A DNA stretch of 64,000 nucleotides from the human T2T-CHM13v2.0 reference genome, Homo sapiens: assembly GCF_009914755.1 (NCBI RefSeq), contig NC_060947.1. One strand, written 5' to 3'. Position 1 is the first letter of the stretch. The number at the start of each line of letters is the position of its first letter. Positions 60,305 to 64,000 of this stretch are shown here, piece after piece. Made by a program: the position numbers and the translations under genes. The notes under the pieces were generated by a model. The model was not told the origin of the DNA. It saw only the letters and a program-made list of their open reading frames with translations, and ran no database searches.

Positions 60305-61291
60305 AAGTTTGAGACTTGTCTCATAGAGCTTTGCACAATGAGGGGCAGTACATTATCTCGGAGGACTTTTCCTCACTGATCCAGGCCCATGTGGAGGTGA
60401 CTAGAAGGAAAGGATGACCTTGTCTTTGCTGTTAAGATTCCTGTGATTTTTCTGGCTTCAAATATGTCACTTATAAATCTGGGTCTCTAAGATTTGCCTT
60501 TCATTCTGGGGACACCTGATAGACATGGATCATATTTTGGTATGCTTTTGTCCCTACACAAGAATTGCTTTTACCTTGGGATTAAGATGTGTCTTTGAAA
60601 ATGAAGGGGAGTTTATAGGGTGCCTTCTAGTTCATAGGGGGCCTGCTGGTTTATAGGATGCCTTCTTTATGCATTAGCAAAAGTAAGCCCTCCTGGGTTT
60701 ATGCAGCCCCAGGGCTTCGTGAGTGCACTTGGGACAATTGTCAGAAAAATGCTCCCTCTGGGAGGGGAAAGTAGCTCCACACCATTGTTCCAGTCTTGGA
60801 GAGTGGAGCTATGGCTGGATTTCAGTTCCCACTCACCACCTCTGCTGGGCACATTTTGCGTTAACACAGTTGAGTACAACTACATATGATGGGAAGGTTG
60901 GTGGATGTGGAGCTATCTGTAGATGCATGTTTTGGGGAGTATAGCACTATATCCCTGTGTCCTCTCCTTTAAGAACCAAAATGCCCTATCTGGTTCTCTG
61001 CCCTCCCAGTGAGGAAAACAAGTTCTTACAGCCAGATGGATTATTTTGAGTCAGCCGTCACAAGTGGAATAACAGGGAAGGGACTGCTTAATGTAGAGGA
61101 GTAGCATGGATTTTCATCAGTTTATTTCATCATGGAGAATATACATAACTCGTTATTGAATTATTATGCCCAAGGGTTCTCATACCTACCTTTAAAATAT
61201 GATAAGTTAAATATTGAGACACGAAAAATAAAATTTTAGCAAGGAAAAGCTGCCTTACTATCTATGATGTCGATGTCATTTAAGAACCTCA

Positions 61292-61400
61292 ATAAGCCTT
61301 TGTTTCTTCATCTGTAGAATGGGGGTGAAAAATAATACCTAGTTCCTAGGATTGTTCTAAAGGCTAAATGAAATGACAAACAAATCAACACATGCTAGTT
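61292..61400 (+). mobile_element. MIR fragment
   Basis: GTTTCTTCATCTGTAGAATGGGGGTG...ATAATACCTAGTTCCTAGGATTGTT. Confidence 0.75.
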
Positions 61401-62864
61401 TCCTCTTCAATCTTTCCCTTTTTTCTAATTCCCCGCGTTTATATGGTATTGAGATTACAAAGCACTTTTATTTCAAAAGACAGCTGATTCTCAAAATTGA
61501 CCTACAAGGTAAACAATGAGGAGGAATAAAAGACCTCAGATTCCAGCAGGCCTGGGTATATGTTTACATGTCTGAATATGAGTTTCAGATGCAATCTCTT
61601 CTCTCTTCATTGTTCACATTATAAATAGGACACAATGAGAGCCTGTTGGAAAAACCAACCACATATACAAATCCCTCTAGTATTTGGGGAAGATTTCACC
61701 ACATGGCAACTGGGTCTTGTTTTTTTCATGGGCAAGAAACATGGATAAAATGATACTTTAACTGGTTGGATCTGTCCTGTTTCAGTTGAGTTTTATGCGT
61801 AGAGGAGTCTTCATTACATGGCTGTGTGTTACCTGCTTCAATCTCTCTTAATTGTTAAAATCAGAATTGTTAAAATTGGCAGTCCTATAAAAGAGGATTT
61901 ACAAATAGAGAGTATAGTACAGAGAAATGTTAAATCACATTATTCAAAGCACTTGAGTTCTATTTTTAAGCATTTTACTGTTCTGTGAAATAATGTTATT
62001 GTCTGCCCAATTTTGCCAAGTCAGAATGAACTGCTGTGAATGAAACAAAATATTCACTCAGGGACGTGCTGGTACTCTGAAAAGTTATCCTCCTAAAAAA
62101 TAGTTTTTCAGATTCTTCCTTTGTGTCTGAAGTCAGATTCTTTTGGCTGCTGCAACTGACTGAAACTTCCACTCAATATACCACAAGCCAAAAATCAGAA
62201 ATTTTATTGACCAGATACAGTTAGTTGCAGGGGGAGAGGACAGTTGAGCATCACAAGAAGCAAAAAGCAAGGGCTGGAAAAGCCTCAGGAGATCAGGCTT
62301 CAATTAGCCACTGTCACTTCAATTCTGTTTTTCTCTAAGATTTTGCCTTATTTTTAACTCACTTTTCAAACTAGCTTTCGCTGTTTCAGCATTTGTAGGA
62401 CAGAAGGTTGCTGCTGTAAGGAGGTGGGTCACATGACCAATTTTGGTCCAATAAGCTACGGCTAAGAGGGTTGGAGGGGGGAATAGACCAAAGGTGAGCC
62501 AATAAGATTCTCTTCAAGACCAACTATGAGTTGCTTTAACGGGATGCTTGAACCAAGACCGTGAAAACTTGAGAGGAGAACTTGTCAATGCCCATTTAAG
62601 CAGGAAGTCTTTCTCCTTTTCCTTTGCTTGTTCAACCTGAATCTTCATATTTGCCTCTGTGTACACACTACTTCATTCATTGTCATTCTCCATTTGTCTC
62701 TGCCATTCCCGTAGGTCAGTTTTGATGGCTCCAGGGTACGGCACGTGGCCAGACATGGCTGACTCACACTTTTTGCACACTCATGTGTCTTTTAGTCCAG
62801 ACCAGTGGCAGAAACTAGCTAGTGTCTCCTAATACCAGTTCTAACATTTAGGGAAAGAATGAGA

Positions 62865-62945
62865 ATGGGTTGTTGTGAGGATCAAATGGGTTAATGTAGT
62901 CTAATGCCCAGCACATCGTAAGCACTCTATACACATTAGCTATTC
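62865..62945 (+). mobile_element. MIR 3' fragment
   Basis: GGGTTGTTGTGAGGATCAAATG...GTAAGCACTCTATACACATTAGCTATT. Confidence 0.75.
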
Positions 62946-63019
62946 TTCTTCTTCTTCAAGACCCTATTTGGGTGTTCTCTGTCCAATCTGCATGCTATTA
63001 TCCCTACTCTCTTGGCCCC

Positions 63020-63270
63020 AGCCAGAATAAATCACTTCTTTCCCGCCCTTGCTGCTGGAGCTTACGCATGCTTCTTTTTTCACTGTGTATGTTCCCTGTG
63101 ATATTACAGTTATTTACTGGCATGCCTGTTTCTCATTCTAGACGCTAAGCATCTTGTGGGTAGGAGCCATTTCCCTCTCTCTTTGAACTGATTGTTAGGG
63201 ATGAGGTCTTGTGCAACAGCACCTGATGCATGGTAAGGGCTCCAGAAATGTTTGCCAGACTGAATGGAAG
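63020..63270 (+). mobile_element. L2 3' end
   Basis: CTAGACGCTAAGCATCTTGTGGGTAGGAGCCAT...CCTGATGCATGGTAAGGGCTCCAGAAATGTTTGCCAGACTGAATG. Confidence 0.75.
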
Positions 63271-64000
63271 GCGTCTTTAGGGGCAAATTTCTCTTACTAA
63301 TGGAAACTTGGGGATAAGCTGATTTTCTTTGGCCCTGCTCCCATGCCTTGTTGACTTCCAAATAGCAAACTACAAGGCAGACTTCTGAATTACAGGTTAT
63401 CTTTAAGCACTTAGTTAATGTGGGCCAAAGGTCCCCTGGGTCGTTTTAGTGGCTCACCGGTGCAGGAGGAGTTTAATCAAGAGTAACTTCCTAGGAAGCA
63501 AGTGCGAATACAACTTTAGCTCCTTCTGGCTCCAAAAGGTGACTCTGGATGGAAACATTGTGTTCAAATGTCTGTGTGGTATACACAGTTGTATACACAG
63601 GATCATGTCCATGATATGAGTCCAAGTGCTAATTAATAAAGGGATTAAAGCATCAGCCTCACTCTTTGTTCCTGGCTTCTTTTCCTAGAATTCTCTATTC
63701 CCTTTGCATCCTTCTGTCTCACAGTCCTTGCAGTCCCTTCTCCTTCCTCTGCTACCTAGCCACTCTTCCCTGTACCCTTTCAGATGCCTATTTGTCATTG
63801 GGTTTGTTTGTTGCAGGTGTGTGGGTGTATATTTCCAGTGTTTTTAGTTTTGTGACATACAGGTCATCATAGCCTCCTGCACCTTTATTTCTAAGATTGC
63901 TGTCAACACACATCCACTTAAATTAGTGTTCTCATCTCAATCAATATACGTGGAGGTAGTAAATTTTTATGCCAGAATAAAGAAAGAAGGAGGCAGGAGG

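Noticed and set aside
60772-60811. 9-bp inverted repeat TAGCTCCAC/GTGGAGCTA (also an 8-bp one near 52082-52100)
   Set aside because: Short enough to be expected by chance in 64 kb.
60320-64000. Relatively repeat-poor end of the window as a gene or promoter
   Set aside because: No CpG island, no ORF with a recognisable domain, and only scattered MIR/L2/LTR remnants.

Overview
This is AT-rich primate genomic DNA, most likely human or another hominid, judged from AluY/AluYk-type SINEs and a very young L1 carrying L1PA2/L1HS-boundary diagnostics. It looks intronic or intergenic: I find no supportable host protein-coding gene, RNA gene or CpG island, and the recognisable ORFs are transposon remnants. 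Most of the window is layered mobile elements: L2/MIR, L1M-L1PA, a full-length Tigger1, MaLR proviruses (two MSTA, one THE1B), solo LTRs and about 14 Alus. Subfamily names come from my recall of consensus sequences and need RepeatMasker/Dfam confirmation. I found no new gene system. The notable signals are structural: (1) a young twin-primed L1 with a ~380 bp 3' transduction inside an 11-bp TSD (32943-34874); (2) a probable older L1PB-mediated 3' transduction (~49882-51191); (3) a 237-bp insertion built from two locally templated inverted copies (57315-57551); (4) a 50-bp-arm hairpin grown out of a MIR (9292-9424); (5) a degenerate 21-bp repeat next to a perfect minus-strand splice donor (25411-25610); (6) a four-level L2>Tigger1>MSTA>Alu nest.
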